Positions 17,558 through 28,007 of a DNA stretch of 64,000 nt are shown piece after piece. The notes below the pieces were generated by a model. That model had not been told where the DNA came from and did not search any database. It was given only the letters and a program-made list of their open reading frames with translations. Numbering within the stretch: the stretch's first letter is position 1; each line of letters begins with the position of its first letter. The position numbers and the translations under genes were made by a program. The stretch comes from an uncultured Acidobacteriaceae bacterium (lineage in GTDB: Bacteria; Acidobacteriota; Terriglobia; Terriglobales; Acidobacteriaceae): positions 273,555 to 337,554 of the forward strand of contig CAWEAO010000018.1 in NCBI GenBank assembly GCA_963807075.1, given 5' to 3'.

Positions 17558-19633
17558 GTGATGCAAGAAGGATTGGCGTTCACTCCTCAACTGGGGACGA
17601 GCGGAATTGCGCAGTGGCTGTGGCTGGTGCCGGTGTTACCAGTCCTGGCTGCGGGCGTGATTGCAATTCTGAAACAGCCGATGCGGAAGCTCGCGTCGGG
17701 ACTGGCGATCGGGTCGCTTGGGATTTCGTTGTTGTTAGCGCTGTTTGCATTCGGGCATGTGCTGAGCGGATGGTCGCACGGATATGCCGTGCGCGAGGTG
17801 GTGAACTTCTCGTGGATTCAGGTAGGTGAGGCACCGGTTGACCTGGGGTGGGTGCTTGATCCGCTGGCGGCGGTGATGCTGGTGATGGTCACGTTTGTCG
17901 GGCTGCTGATCTTTATCTACTCCGTCGGATACATGGAGCACGATGAGAACTACACGCGGTTCTTCTGCTTCCTGAGCTTGTTTGCGGGGGCGATGCTGGG
18001 CGTGGTGATTGCGAACAGCATTTTGCTGCTGTTCATGTGCTGGGAGTTGGTGGGGCTCACGTCATACCTGCTGATCGGGTTCTGGTATCAGAAGCCTTCG
18101 GCGGCAGCGGCGGCGAAGAAGGCATTCCTGACGACACGCGTAGGCGATGTGTTTTTCCTGCTTGGGATTGTGTGGTTATTTGCGCAGACCGGCACTCTGC
18201 TGTTTTACGACCACGGCGCGGGATCGATGGAGCCTCTGGCACTGGGTGGACTGCTGGTGCATCACTCGGCCTGGGGACTGACGGCGGCGGGCGCGATAGG
18301 GCTGCTGATTTTCGCCGGAGCGGCGGGAAAAAGCGGACAGATTCCGCTGCATGTGTGGCTGCCGGATGCGATGGAAGGTCCGACGCCGGTGTCGGCGCTG
18401 ATTCATGCGGCGACGATGGTTGCTGCGGGTGTTTATCTTGTGGCGCGCGTGTATCCGCTGATGAGTGCGGGTATGCCGGCGGGGGGAACAACTACAGCAC
18501 TGACGGTGGTGACGTGGGTTGGTGCGTCTACTGCGGTGTTTGCAGCGCTGATTGCGGTGGCGCAGAACGACATCAAGCGGATTCTGGCTTATTCGACTGT
18601 GTCGCAGCTGGGATACATGATGGCGGGGCTTGGCGTGGGCGGCGTGGCGGTGGGCATGTTCCACCTGATTACGCATGCATTCTTCAAGGCGCTGCTGTTC
18701 ATGGGAGCGGGTTCGGTGATTCACGGCGCGCATGAGGAACAGGACATCCGGAAGATGGGCGGGTTGAGAAAGCCCATGTTTGTCACGTTTGTCACGTACG
18801 GTATCGGCATGCTGGCGCTTTGTGGATTTCCGCTGTTCTTCTCAGGGTTCTGGAGCAAGGACGGGATACTGGAGGCGGCGCAGCACTGGAGCCTGGCGAA
18901 GACTCCGTTTTACATGCTGGTGTTTGGCGCGCTGCTTACGGCGTTCTACATGACGCGGCAGGTGAGCTACGTGTTTTTCGGGACCTGGCGAGGCCATGGG
19001 CATGCGCATGAGAGTCCGCGGGTGATGACGATGCCGCTGGCGATCCTGGCGTTTTTTGCGGTGACTCTGGCCGCAATTGGAACGCCGGCGTGGCCCTGGT
19101 TCAGGGCGTTTCTTAACGGGAATGCGGCACCGTTTGATTTAGCGGGATTCAAGGAGCCGGGGCTCGGGATGCTGATGCTCACGTCGTCTTTGGTGGTGCT
19201 GGTGGGGCTTGGGCTGGGATGGTGGATCTACGGCGCGAAGTCGCCTGCGGCTGAGGAGCCCGATGCGCTGGAGAAGGCCATGCCGCCGGTGTGGGCGGTG
19301 CTGCGCGACAAGTTCTATATTGACGAACTTTACGGCGCGACGGTAATTGCGTTTTATGAGTGGTGGGCGAAGGTTGCCGATTGGCTGGATCGGAACGTGT
19401 GGGGCGGGATTGTGGCGGGAGTGGCGCTGGTGTTCCGCGGATGGGCGCAGTTGAATCGGTTCCTGGACACGAACGTGGTTGACGGCGGCTTTGACAAGGG
19501 CTGCGAAGAGATCGCGACAGGCGGCGGATTGCTGGCGCGGGTACAGAACGGACGCGGGCAGATGTATCTGCGACTTCTGGCGCTAGCGGTGGTGGTGCTG
19601 GCCGCCATCCTGATCTGGAGCGGCCGCTCATGA
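17558..19633 (+). CDS. nuoL: NADH-quinone oxidoreductase subunit L with extended lateral helix
   Basis: WELVGLTSYLLIGFW, GKSGQIPLHVWLPDAMEGPTPVSALIHAATMV, DIKRILAYSTVSQLGYM, HAFFKALLF, FWSKD, KFYIDELY. Confidence 0.96.
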   Translation: MMQEGLAFTPQLGTSGIAQWLWLVPVLPVLAAGVIAILKQPMRKLASGLAIGSLGISLLLALFAFGHVLSGWSHGYAVREVVNFSWIQVGEAPVDLGWVLDPLAAVMLVMVTFVGLLIFIYSVGYMEHDENYTRFFCFLSLFAGAMLGVVIANSILLLFMCWELVGLTSYLLIGFWYQKPSAAAAAKKAFLTTRVGDVFFLLGIVWLFAQTGTLLFYDHGAGSMEPLALGGLLVHHSAWGLTAAGAIGLLIFAGAAGKSGQIPLHVWLPDAMEGPTPVSALIHAATMVAAGVYLVARVYPLMSAGMPAGGTTTALTVVTWVGASTAVFAALIAVAQNDIKRILAYSTVSQLGYMMAGLGVGGVAVGMFHLITHAFFKALLFMGAGSVIHGAHEEQDIRKMGGLRKPMFVTFVTYGIGMLALCGFPLFFSGFWSKDGILEAAQHWSLAKTPFYMLVFGALLTAFYMTRQVSYVFFGTWRGHGHAHESPRVMTMPLAILAFFAVTLAAIGTPAWPWFRAFLNGNAAPFDLAGFKEPGLGMLMLTSSLVVLVGLGLGWWIYGAKSPAAEEPDALEKAMPPVWAVLRDKFYIDELYGATVIAFYEWWAKVADWLDRNVWGGIVAGVALVFRGWAQLNRFLDTNVVDGGFDKGCEEIATGGGLLARVQNGRGQMYLRLLALAVVVLAAILIWSGRS

Positions 19634-21183
19634 ACGCAATGATGAACGGAATTCCGTGGCTCACGATTATTACGGTGCTGCCGGTTGTCGGCGCGGCGAT
19701 TGCGCTGTTGTCGGGCAAGCATGCGCGGGGCGTTGCACAAGTAACAGGCATCATCGCTTTCGTGCTTTCCCTTGCGATCTGGTTGCACTTGCCGGGGGAT
19801 GGGTCTATCGGCATGGAGGAATTGCATCGCAACTGGGTGCCTTCGCTGGGAATTCAGTATCACCTGGGCGTCGATGGGCTGGGAGCGCTGATGCTGTTGT
19901 TGTCGGCGCTGGTGACGCTGATGAGTATCGATGCGGCGCATCGCGTGCATCACGAACCGGGGTTGTTTTTTGCGCTGGTGCTGCTGCTTGAGGCAGGGCT
20001 GTTCGGGTCGTTCACGGCATTGAATTTCTTCCATTGGTTTTTGTTCTGGGAACTGAGCCTGATTCCGGCATTCTTCCTGATCAAACTTTGGGGCGGACCA
20101 AAGCGTGGGCCGGCGGCTACGCAATTCTTTGTGTACACGATGGCGGGGAGCGTGGCGCTGCTGCTGGCGTTTCTCGCGGTTTTCCTGTCAACGGGATCGA
20201 TGGAGTTTGGCGACTTGGCGGCAATGGCTGCGAACGGATCGCTGGCGCAGCAGGTGACTGCACACCTGGGATCGGGAATTGCCGGAGGCCACGTGATGAT
20301 GTGGCTTGCCATTGGGGTGTTGGCGGGATTTGCGGTAAAGGTGCCGATGGCGCCGTTCCACACGTGGCTGCCAGCGGCATATGCTGAGGCGCCGTCGCCG
20401 GTGACGATGCTGCTGACGGGCGCGATGTCGAAGATGGGCGTGTACGGTTTGCTGCGGATTGCGCTGCCGCTGTTTGGAGCGCAGATCGCAGAGATCAGAA
20501 CGCCGCTGCTGGTGCTGGCGGTGATCACGGTGGTGATGGGCGCGTGGGCTGCGGCGGCACAGAAGGATTTGAAGCGCGTACTGGCGTACTCGTCGGTGAA
20601 TCACCTCGGGTATTGCTTGCTGGGGATTTTTGCAATCGCGGTTCCGGGCGGCGCAAATGTTGCGGTGGGAACGAGCCAGGCGGCGGCGCTGAATGGCGTG
20701 ATTCTGCAAATGTTCAATCACGGGCTGACGGCTGCGGCACTGTTCTGGTTCATCGCGATGATTCAGTTCAGGAGCGGTGGACTGCGCGGGATTGACGACT
20801 TTGGCGGATTGCGGAAGCCTGCACCGGTGTTTGCGGGGCTGATGGGGATTGCGCTGTTTTCGTCCCTGGGACTGCCGGGGCTGAACGGATTTGTGGGTGA
20901 GTTTTTGATCTTCCGCGGTGTGTTTCCGTTGTCGTGGTTAGCGGCGACATTTTCAGTTTTGGGGTTGCTGGTGACGGCGGTCGTGATTCTGACGGTGATC
21001 CAGAAGGTGTTCACCGGGCCGGTGCCTGCGCAATGGGCGGAGTTTCCGGATCTGCATGGCGGGGAGCGGTCTGGGATGGCGCCGGTGATTGGATTGATGT
21101 TCTTGCTCGGGGTGGTACCGCAGCTGATCGTGGGACGTGTGAATCCTACGGTTGAGTATCTGCTGGCGCATTGGAGATTTTGA
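19630..21183 (+). CDS. nuoM: NADH-quinone oxidoreductase subunit M (first copy)
   Basis: GVDGL, FWELSLIPAFFLIKLWGG, KVPMAPFHTWLPAAYAEAP, SKMGVYG, KRVLAYSSVNHLG, GLPGLNGFVGEF. Confidence 0.93.
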   Translation: MNAMMNGIPWLTIITVLPVVGAAIALLSGKHARGVAQVTGIIAFVLSLAIWLHLPGDGSIGMEELHRNWVPSLGIQYHLGVDGLGALMLLLSALVTLMSIDAAHRVHHEPGLFFALVLLLEAGLFGSFTALNFFHWFLFWELSLIPAFFLIKLWGGPKRGPAATQFFVYTMAGSVALLLAFLAVFLSTGSMEFGDLAAMAANGSLAQQVTAHLGSGIAGGHVMMWLAIGVLAGFAVKVPMAPFHTWLPAAYAEAPSPVTMLLTGAMSKMGVYGLLRIALPLFGAQIAEIRTPLLVLAVITVVMGAWAAAAQKDLKRVLAYSSVNHLGYCLLGIFAIAVPGGANVAVGTSQAAALNGVILQMFNHGLTAAALFWFIAMIQFRSGGLRGIDDFGGLRKPAPVFAGLMGIALFSSLGLPGLNGFVGEFLIFRGVFPLSWLAATFSVLGLLVTAVVILTVIQKVFTGPVPAQWAEFPDLHGGERSGMAPVIGLMFLLGVVPQLIVGRVNPTVEYLLAHWRF

Positions 21184-21246
21184 TGGTGGTTGGCGGCTTT
21201 AGTACGAGATTTTCGGCACGATTCAAGTCGTGTCCGGATGCTAAGC

Positions 21247-21366
21247 AAAAGCAGGTCCTTCGCTCCGCTTACCCCAACTTTGTTGGGGCCCCAAGCTGCT
21301 CCGCTCAGGATGACGCGAAAATTAATAAGGCGAAGATGACATGGCTAAGGCCGTGTCCTTTCAAAG
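21247..21366. repeat. REP-like palindrome between the two nuoM genes
   Basis: AAGCAGGTCCTTCGCTCCGC...GCTCCGCTCAGGATGAC and GGCTAAGGCCGTGTCCTTTCAAA; related to motifs at 8393, 11003 and 16580. Confidence 0.65.
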
Positions 21367-21389
21367 CCGCGATTTTTAGGATTAGCTAA

Positions 21390-22899
21390 ATGTTGGCTTG
21401 GACGATTTACATCTCGTTTGCCGGTGCGCTGGTGCTGGCGCTACTGCCGAAGAATAATGCGGTGCTGGCGCGATGGTTTGCGCTTGCAGTGGCAGTGACG
21501 GGATTTGCGATTGGCGTTGCCGGGTTTATGCAGGGCGCGGGCCAGGGACGCGTGACGATTGTCGATGTGCCGTGGGTGGCATCGATGGGCATCCACTTCA
21601 CTCTGGCTGCGGACGGGATCAGCCGCGTGCTGGTGTTGCTGACAGGATTGGCCGCGGTGGCGGGCGTGCTCTTCAGTTGGAACATTGATGTGCGGACGAA
21701 TGAGTTTTTCGCTTTCTTTCTCGCGCTCATCGGCGGCGTCTACGGAGTGTTTCTCAGCTTCGATCTTTTCCTGCTGTTTGTGTTTTACGAGATTGCCATC
21801 GTGCCGAAGTACTTCCTGATCGCGATCTGGGGATCGACGCGGCGCGAGTATGCGGCGATGAAACTGGCGTTGTATTCGTTTGTCGGATCGGCGATGGTGC
21901 TGATTGGATTGCTGGCCGCGTATGCGATTTCCGGTAGCCACTCGACGGGGCTGGTGGCGCTCGCGAATGCAAATCTTCCGGTAAGTTTTCAGATGTGGGC
22001 GTTTCCGCTGGTATTTGTCGGATTCGGAATACTGGCGGGCTTGTGGCCTTTTCACACATGGGCGCCAACCGGCCACGTGGCTGCGCCGACGGCAGCTTCG
22101 ATGTTGCTGGCCGGCGTGGTGATGAAGCTGGGCGCTTACGGGTGCCTTGCGTGTGGCGATTGGATTGTTTCCGCACGGGATGGATCCGTGGGGATGGTCG
22201 TTTGCGGGGATCGGATCGTGGCGCGATGTGTTCGCCATCCTCGCGGTCATCGGAATTGTGTACGGGGCGCTGGTGGCGTTAGCCCAGACCGATTTCAAAT
22301 TTGTGATTGGCTACTCGAGCGTAAGCCACATGGGGTTTGTGCTGCTGGGCCTGGTGACGCTGAAGCAGATTGGTGTGACGGGCGCGGTGCTGCAGATGTT
22401 TTCGCACGGTGTGATTGCGGGACTGCTGTTCGCGATTGTGGGGCGGATTGTTTATGAGCGCACGCATACGCGACAACTGGCGGAGCTGGAGACGATGCAC
22501 CTGGGCAAGCGGATGCCGTTTGCGGCGTGGGCGTTTGTGATTGCAGGCATGGCGTCGATGGGGCTGCCGGGATTCTCAGGATTTGTGGCGGAACTGCAGG
22601 TGCTGGTTGGTTCGTGGATTGCGAAGCCGTGGTGGACGGCGGCGGCGGGCGTCGGAATCGTTATCGGCGTGGCGTATACGTGGCGCGCGCTGCAGAAGGC
22701 GTTCTTCTCTGACAGACTACCGACAGCAGAAGAGCATCCGGCGTCGGGGTGGGAGAAGTTTGAAGCAATTACATGGCCCGAGATTGCAGGTACGTCCTTG
22801 TTGGTGGCGGCGACTCTGATTGTTGGTGTGTATCCGAAGATTTTGCTCGATTCGATTGAGCCGGCAGTGAAGGCGCTGCTTGCGGGAGGGATGCAATGA
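21390..22899 (+). pseudogene. nuoM: NADH-quinone oxidoreductase subunit M (second copy); one-base frameshift at about 22147
   Basis: ADGIS, FYEIAIVPKYFLIAIWG, HTWAPTGHVAAP, KLGAYGCL in 21390-22457, continuing as RVAIGLF...YSSVSHMG...MFSHG...GLPGFSGFVAE in 22147-22899. Removing one T of TGCCTTGCGT fuses them. Confidence 0.88.
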
Positions 22900-24446
22900 A
22901 CTACGCAGACCTTTTCCGCGTGACGCTGCCGGAGACGGCGCTGGATATTGCGGCGCTGCTGGTGCTGGTAGTGGACCTTGGATTTTTGCGCAAAGCGGCG
23001 GCGCAGACGCGCGTGATGGCGGCGGTGTTGCTGGGTGCGATCGGCTGCGGCGCAGCTTTGGCCGTCATGCCGTTTCAGGCGTCTGGTGGATTGACGTATC
23101 CCGACAGTGCGGACTTGTTGCTGGCGACGGGTGGCTATACGGCGATCGCCCAGGTTGGCATCTTGGCGTTGACGGTGTTGACGCTGTTTCTGCTGATTGG
23201 ATCGGATTTTACGCAGCATGTGGGCGAGTACGTTGCCGTAGTCCTGACGGCGGCGACGGGCGGATTGCTGATATCGGCGGCGCAGGACCTGCTGGTGATC
23301 TTTGTCGGCCTGGAACTGCTGAGCCTGGGGTTGTATATCCTGACGGCATTTGCGAAGAAGTCCGGGAAGAGCGCCGAGGCAGCGATGAAATATTACCTCT
23401 TCGGCGGAATGTCGGCTGCGTTTCTGCTGTTTGGTTTCAGCTATCTGTACGGACTCACGGGATCGACAAATCTGCACCGTATGTTACTGGGACTTTATGG
23501 GCCACATGCACTTGAGGCCTCGCCGCTGTTGTATGTGGCGCTGGTGATGATTGCGGCGGGGCTGGGATTCAAAGTGGCGGCGGTGCCGTTTCACTTGTGG
23601 GCGCCGGATACCTATGAGGGCGCGCCTGCGCCGGCCGCGGCGTTTATCGCTTCGGTGTCAAAGGTGGCTAGCTTTGCGCTGCTCATTGGAATCAGCACAG
23701 CGGCATGGCACGTATTCGATGGAATGCGCGGCGGCCATGTTTCATTGGTAGTTGGACGCTATACGCAACAGGTGCAGGTTTATCACGACTTTCGGATGGC
23801 TTGGTCGCAGGTTTTGATCGTGCTGGCGGTGGCGTCGATGGTGCTGGGAAACCTGGCGGCGCTGGCGCAGTCGAGCGTTCGACGGTTGCTTGCATATTCG
23901 GCGATTGCTCATGCCGGCTACATCCTGCTGGGGCTGGCGTTCTTCTCGTATTCGTCGCAGAGTGCGCAGGCGATTTTGTATTACATCCTGACGTATGGGT
24001 TGACGACGATTGGGGCCTTTGGTGCGGTTGCGGTGGTGGAGCGCGCCGGTGGCAGCGATCGCATGGATGCGTTTCTCGGCCTCGCGAAGCGCAATGGGTT
24101 GCTGGCGGTGGTGATGATGGTACTGTTTCTGTCGCTGGCTGGGATTCCTCCTCTGGTGGGATTCTGGGCGAAGTTCAATTTGTTCGCCGCAGTGCTGAGG
24201 GTGTATCCGACGGGACTTGGCATTGGACTGGTAGCGCTGGCGGTGGCGATGAGCGCGGTGTCGCTCTACTACTATCTGCAGGTGCTGAAGCGCGTGTTTG
24301 TGATGCCTGCGGCGAATTTGTTACCGATCAAGGCGAATCACATTACGATGGGCGTGCTGGCGCTGATTGCACTGGCGGTGGTGGTGCTGGGATGCCTGCC
24401 CGGGTTGCTGCAGACGTGGATGGCCAGGTTCTACGCGGGGATGTAA
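22896..24446 (+). CDS. nuoN: NADH-quinone oxidoreductase subunit N
   Basis: GLELLSLGLYIL, EAAMKYYLFG, FKVAAVPFHLWAPDTYEGAP, RRLLAYSAIAHAGY, SLAGIPPLVGFWAK, YYYL. Confidence 0.95.
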   Translation: MNYADLFRVTLPETALDIAALLVLVVDLGFLRKAAAQTRVMAAVLLGAIGCGAALAVMPFQASGGLTYPDSADLLLATGGYTAIAQVGILALTVLTLFLLIGSDFTQHVGEYVAVVLTAATGGLLISAAQDLLVIFVGLELLSLGLYILTAFAKKSGKSAEAAMKYYLFGGMSAAFLLFGFSYLYGLTGSTNLHRMLLGLYGPHALEASPLLYVALVMIAAGLGFKVAAVPFHLWAPDTYEGAPAPAAAFIASVSKVASFALLIGISTAAWHVFDGMRGGHVSLVVGRYTQQVQVYHDFRMAWSQVLIVLAVASMVLGNLAALAQSSVRRLLAYSAIAHAGYILLGLAFFSYSSQSAQAILYYILTYGLTTIGAFGAVAVVERAGGSDRMDAFLGLAKRNGLLAVVMMVLFLSLAGIPPLVGFWAKFNLFAAVLRVYPTGLGIGLVALAVAMSAVSLYYYLQVLKRVFVMPAANLLPIKANHITMGVLALIALAVVVLGCLPGLLQTWMARFYAGM

Positions 24447-24567
24447 ACTCGCGTCCTTTCAAAGCGGTCGAGAATCGTGCTCTGCCAAGTCTCAAAGTGT
24501 GACAGTTTCGCGAAACGCCCCTTTCAGGTACGCGGATGAGGCGCGCGCGGCAGGCTTCAAGAAACAA

Positions 24568-26409
24568 TCAGAGTTTGCAAATCAGCAATTCGCGCTCATA
24601 GATCATCTCCGGGGGGAGATGATCGTGGAGTTCGATGAAGAGCTCTTCGTGCGCGATCACTTCCTTGCGCCAGGCCGCGCGATCTACGGCCATGAGCGCC
24701 TCGAAGGTTTCCTGCGCGAAGTCGAGGCCGGTCCAGTCGATGTCTTCGTACCTCGGAACCCACCCAATTGCGGTTTCGCGGCCTCGGCCATGGCCTTGTA
24801 CCCGCTCGACGATCCAGCGCAGCACGCGCATGTTTTCGCTGAAGCCGGGCCAGAGGAATTTCCCGTTTTCATCCTTACGGAACCAGTTCACATTGAAGAT
24901 GCGGGGGGTGACGTCGAGGCCGCGCTGCATTTTGATCCAGTGACGGAAGTAGTCGCCCATGTGATAGCCGCAGAAGGGCAGCATAGCCATGGGATCGCGG
25001 CGCACTTTGCCGACCGCGCCGGCCGCGGCTGCGGTGGTTTCAGAGCCCATCGTGGCGCCGATGTAGACGCCGCTGGACCAGTTGAACGCCTGGTAGACGA
25101 GCGGAAGCGTGTGAGAGCGGCGCCCGCCGAAGATAATGGCGCTGATCGGCACGCCCTCGGGAGATTCCCAGGCGGGGTCCATCGTGGGGCATTGCGATGC
25201 GGGCGCGGTGAAGCGTCCATTGGGATGCGCCGCGGTGCTGCCGTTCTTCTTGCCGATGGCGGGGGTCCACTGCTCGCCGCGCCAATCGCGGCATTCAGCA
25301 GGCGGCTTCTCGGTCATGCCTTCCCACCACACTCCGCCGTCGGGAGTGAGCGCGACATTGGTGAAGATTGTGTTGCGCGATAGCGCCGCCATTGCCGACG
25401 GGTTCGTTCTCACGCTGGTTCCGGGAGCGACTCCAAAGAATCCATACTCAGGATTGATGGCTCTCAATCGGCCACTAGCGTCCGGTTTGATCCAGGCAAT
25501 GTCGTCGCCGACCGTCCACACCTTCCAGCCGTGCATGGACTTGGGCGGAATCAACATGGCGAAATTGGTTTTGCCACAGGCAGAAGGGAATGCTGCAGCA
25601 ACGTAGGTCTTTTCGCCTTCCGGGCTTTCGACACCGAGGATGAGCATGTGTTCAGCCATCCAGCCTTCGTCGCGGGCGATGTTGGAGGCTATGCGAAGAG
25701 CGAAGCACTTCTTGCTGAGGAGGGCATTGCCGCCGTAACCGGAACCGTAGGACCAGATTTCGCGGCTCTCAGGGAAGTGCACGATGTACTTGGTGTCGTT
25801 GCAGGGCCAGGGGACATCCTTCTGGCCAGGCTTGAGCGGCACGCCCACAGTGTGCATGCAGGGGACGACGCGCTTCTCGTCCTTATCGATCTCGGCGAAG
25901 ACGGGCGCGCCGATTCGGGCCATGATGCGCATGTTGACGACGACGTATGGAGAATCAGTGAGTTGCACACCAATGCCGGACATGGGCGAGCCGACGGGGC
26001 CCATGCTGAAGGGGAGAACATACATGGTGCGGCCCTGCATACAGCCTTTGAAGAGCTGCTTGAGGCGACGGCGCATCACATAAGGGTCTTCCCAGTTATT
26101 CGTCGGGCCGGCGGCATCGCGCGAAAGCGAACATATAAAGGTACGGTCTTCCACGCGGGCCACATCGTTCGGGGACGAGCGCGCATAAAAACATCCGGGC
26201 CATTTTTTCTGATCGAGGCGCGTGAATGTGCCCGAAGACACGAGGCGATCGCAAAGGAAGTCGTATTCCGCCTGAGAACCATCGACCCAGTGGATGGAGT
26301 CGGGACGGCAGAGTTCTGCCATCTTTTCGACCCATCGAATAAGGTGTTTATTGGTGGTTGGCGGAGTTTGAACTGTGGACGGCTCGTGGTTAAGAGCGGA
26401 CTGCTTCAT
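24568..26409 (-). CDS. pckG: Phosphoenolpyruvate carboxykinase (GTP)
   Basis: [84 protein letters not shown]. Confidence 0.96.
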   Translation of the reverse strand: MKQSALNHEPSTVQTPPTTNKHLIRWVEKMAELCRPDSIHWVDGSQAEYDFLCDRLVSSGTFTRLDQKKWPGCFYARSSPNDVARVEDRTFICSLSRDAAGPTNNWEDPYVMRRRLKQLFKGCMQGRTMYVLPFSMGPVGSPMSGIGVQLTDSPYVVVNMRIMARIGAPVFAEIDKDEKRVVPCMHTVGVPLKPGQKDVPWPCNDTKYIVHFPESREIWSYGSGYGGNALLSKKCFALRIASNIARDEGWMAEHMLILGVESPEGEKTYVAAAFPSACGKTNFAMLIPPKSMHGWKVWTVGDDIAWIKPDASGRLRAINPEYGFFGVAPGTSVRTNPSAMAALSRNTIFTNVALTPDGGVWWEGMTEKPPAECRDWRGEQWTPAIGKKNGSTAAHPNGRFTAPASQCPTMDPAWESPEGVPISAIIFGGRRSHTLPLVYQAFNWSSGVYIGATMGSETTAAAAGAVGKVRRDPMAMLPFCGYHMGDYFRHWIKMQRGLDVTPRIFNVNWFRKDENGKFLWPGFSENMRVLRWIVERVQGHGRGRETAIGWVPRYEDIDWTGLDFAQETFEALMAVDRAAWRKEVIAHEELFIELHDHLPPEMIYERELLICKL

Positions 26410-26538
26410 ATTGCTATGGTTCTCCTGCGCTGTCTCTCTGTTACAGGCTACAGAAACTGCGGTGGCTGCGGAAGTGAAGAAACTGACTTTCCCTTGGATG
26501 CAACAGTCTATCGCAGTGCATGCCCGGGAAATTGTGAT

Positions 26539-27696
26539 CTAGAACTCGTGATGTTGGTCGATGACTTCGGCGATTGTGTTTGGTTCGGGATTAGCGGCTT
26601 CGGCCTGGCTTCGTACTTTGGCAACGGCGAGCCAGTTGTCCTTGTGTCGATGCTCGGCCATCCAGGGTGGAAGAGGCATGCACAGATGTTCACTGAGCGC
26701 GGCGGCGTAGCTCTCATATAAGGCTCGCAGATCGCGGAGCCGTTCGTAAGATTCGCCATCGCGGCATACACTGACGCCGCTCTGGCAGAGAAGTTGATAG
26801 AGCTGTTCGTAGCTTTCGCGCGGCAAACGATCTGGGATGTCCTGTTTCGGTTTGATGGAGAAGACCTGCGCCAGGTCGACCACGGCATGACGCGCCATGG
26901 CGAAGGTGAGCTGCGCCTGGCGTGCTTCATGTCCACGAACACCGGCGATGAGCAGAGCCGATGTATCGAGCATGGCGGTAAGCGCGCTGAGCCAGCTCTG
27001 GTTGGTGTGCTGCGAACGGAAATAACAAAGCAAGGTGTAGGAGATGTGGCTTTCGAGCAGTTCGGCAGACCAGCGCTCCCACTCGGAGAGCAGACTGGCG
27101 AGGGCGCTTTCGGCCCCATCAAAAGAGTGCCGGCGCAACAACTCCGCAGCCGTGGGAGGCGATCCGGCACGGGCATCGAGTAACGAGATGCTGACTTCGC
27201 GCCGGGAGAACGCTCCATAAAGGACGGGGAAGTAGCCCATGACGATGGCGAGAAAGCCGAAGCCGGTACCGGCTTCACATGTGGAGAGGGCGCGCGCAAT
27301 CTGCGCATGGGGCGTGACGTCGCCGAGTCCCAGCGTGAAAAAGTTGGTTCCGCTGACATAGAGATCGGACAGATACCCGATGTGCTCCGACGCGTCGCTG
27401 AAGGGGCTGCCAAGGGAGTAGTAGATCAGCGAGTAACCGAGGACCATGCCACAAGCCCACACCACCAGCAGAAAGATCAGGGACAGCGGTCCATAAAAGC
27501 TGAGTGCAGTTTCGCGCTTGCGGGGATGGCGGATTCTGACGGCAACAAAACGCCATGGCATCCAGGTGAGGATGTAGAAGATACGGGTGAGGCGTAGGCG
27601 GCCCGCAGCCCGGCGCGGCAGGATGATGGTCTGGAACGCATCCAGCAGCACCACCAAGACACAGAGGACTCCCAGCAGCATCGTGACGACTTGCAT
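26539..27696 (-). CDS. Two-TM ion channel (potassium channel family)
   Basis: Pore region LYVSGTNFFTLGLGDVTP between two TM helices; conserved cytoplasmic LDARAGSPP and ESHISY. Confidence 0.78.
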   Translation of the reverse strand: MQVVTMLLGVLCVLVVLLDAFQTIILPRRAAGRLRLTRIFYILTWMPWRFVAVRIRHPRKRETALSFYGPLSLIFLLVVWACGMVLGYSLIYYSLGSPFSDASEHIGYLSDLYVSGTNFFTLGLGDVTPHAQIARALSTCEAGTGFGFLAIVMGYFPVLYGAFSRREVSISLLDARAGSPPTAAELLRRHSFDGAESALASLLSEWERWSAELLESHISYTLLCYFRSQHTNQSWLSALTAMLDTSALLIAGVRGHEARQAQLTFAMARHAVVDLAQVFSIKPKQDIPDRLPRESYEQLYQLLCQSGVSVCRDGESYERLRDLRALYESYAAALSEHLCMPLPPWMAEHRHKDNWLAVAKVRSQAEAANPEPNTIAEVIDQHHEF

Positions 27697-27782
27697 TGAC
27701 CCTCCGGCGGCGCATTTTGGGGTGGCTGAATGCGCAACGCCCGATTACCGTATCCTAGCTGAGTCAGGCATTGGCAGGCCCC

Positions 27783-28007
27783 ATGATTGAACTTGGAAAG
27801 GCGCTTCTCGGTCTCGGGCTCCTGCTGGCGGTGATTGGTGCGGTGCTGCTGATTGCGGCACGCTTCGGGTTGCCGCTCGGCCGGCTGCCCGGCGATTTCG
27901 CGTATCGCGGCAAGAATGTCTCGTTCTTCTTTCCGCTTGGCACGTCGATCCTGATCAGCGTCATTCTTTCGATTCTCTTCTATCTCATCTCGCGATTTCG
28001 CCGTTGA
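27783..28007 (+). CDS. Small membrane protein (DUF2905-like)
   Basis: GRLPGDFAYRGKNVSFFFPLGTSILISVILS motif between hydrophobic segments. Confidence 0.85.
   Translation: MIELGKALLGLGLLLAVIGAVLLIAARFGLPLGRLPGDFAYRGKNVSFFFPLGTSILISVILSILFYLISRFRR

Noticed and set aside
22130-22160. Programmed ribosomal frameshift in nuoM2 (and the two other split genes)
   Set aside because: No slippery sequence or stimulatory structure; three similar single-base insertions are better explained by sequencing error.
17558-24446. Mrp Na+/H+ antiporter operon
   Set aside because: The antiporter-like genes are embedded with nuoABCDIHJK; no mrpE/F/G.
24367-26721. Long antisense ORFs (338 and 396 aa) opposite pckG, and similar ones opposite groEL and nuo genes
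   Set aside because: Typical shadow ORFs of GC-rich coding sequence; no recognisable motifs.
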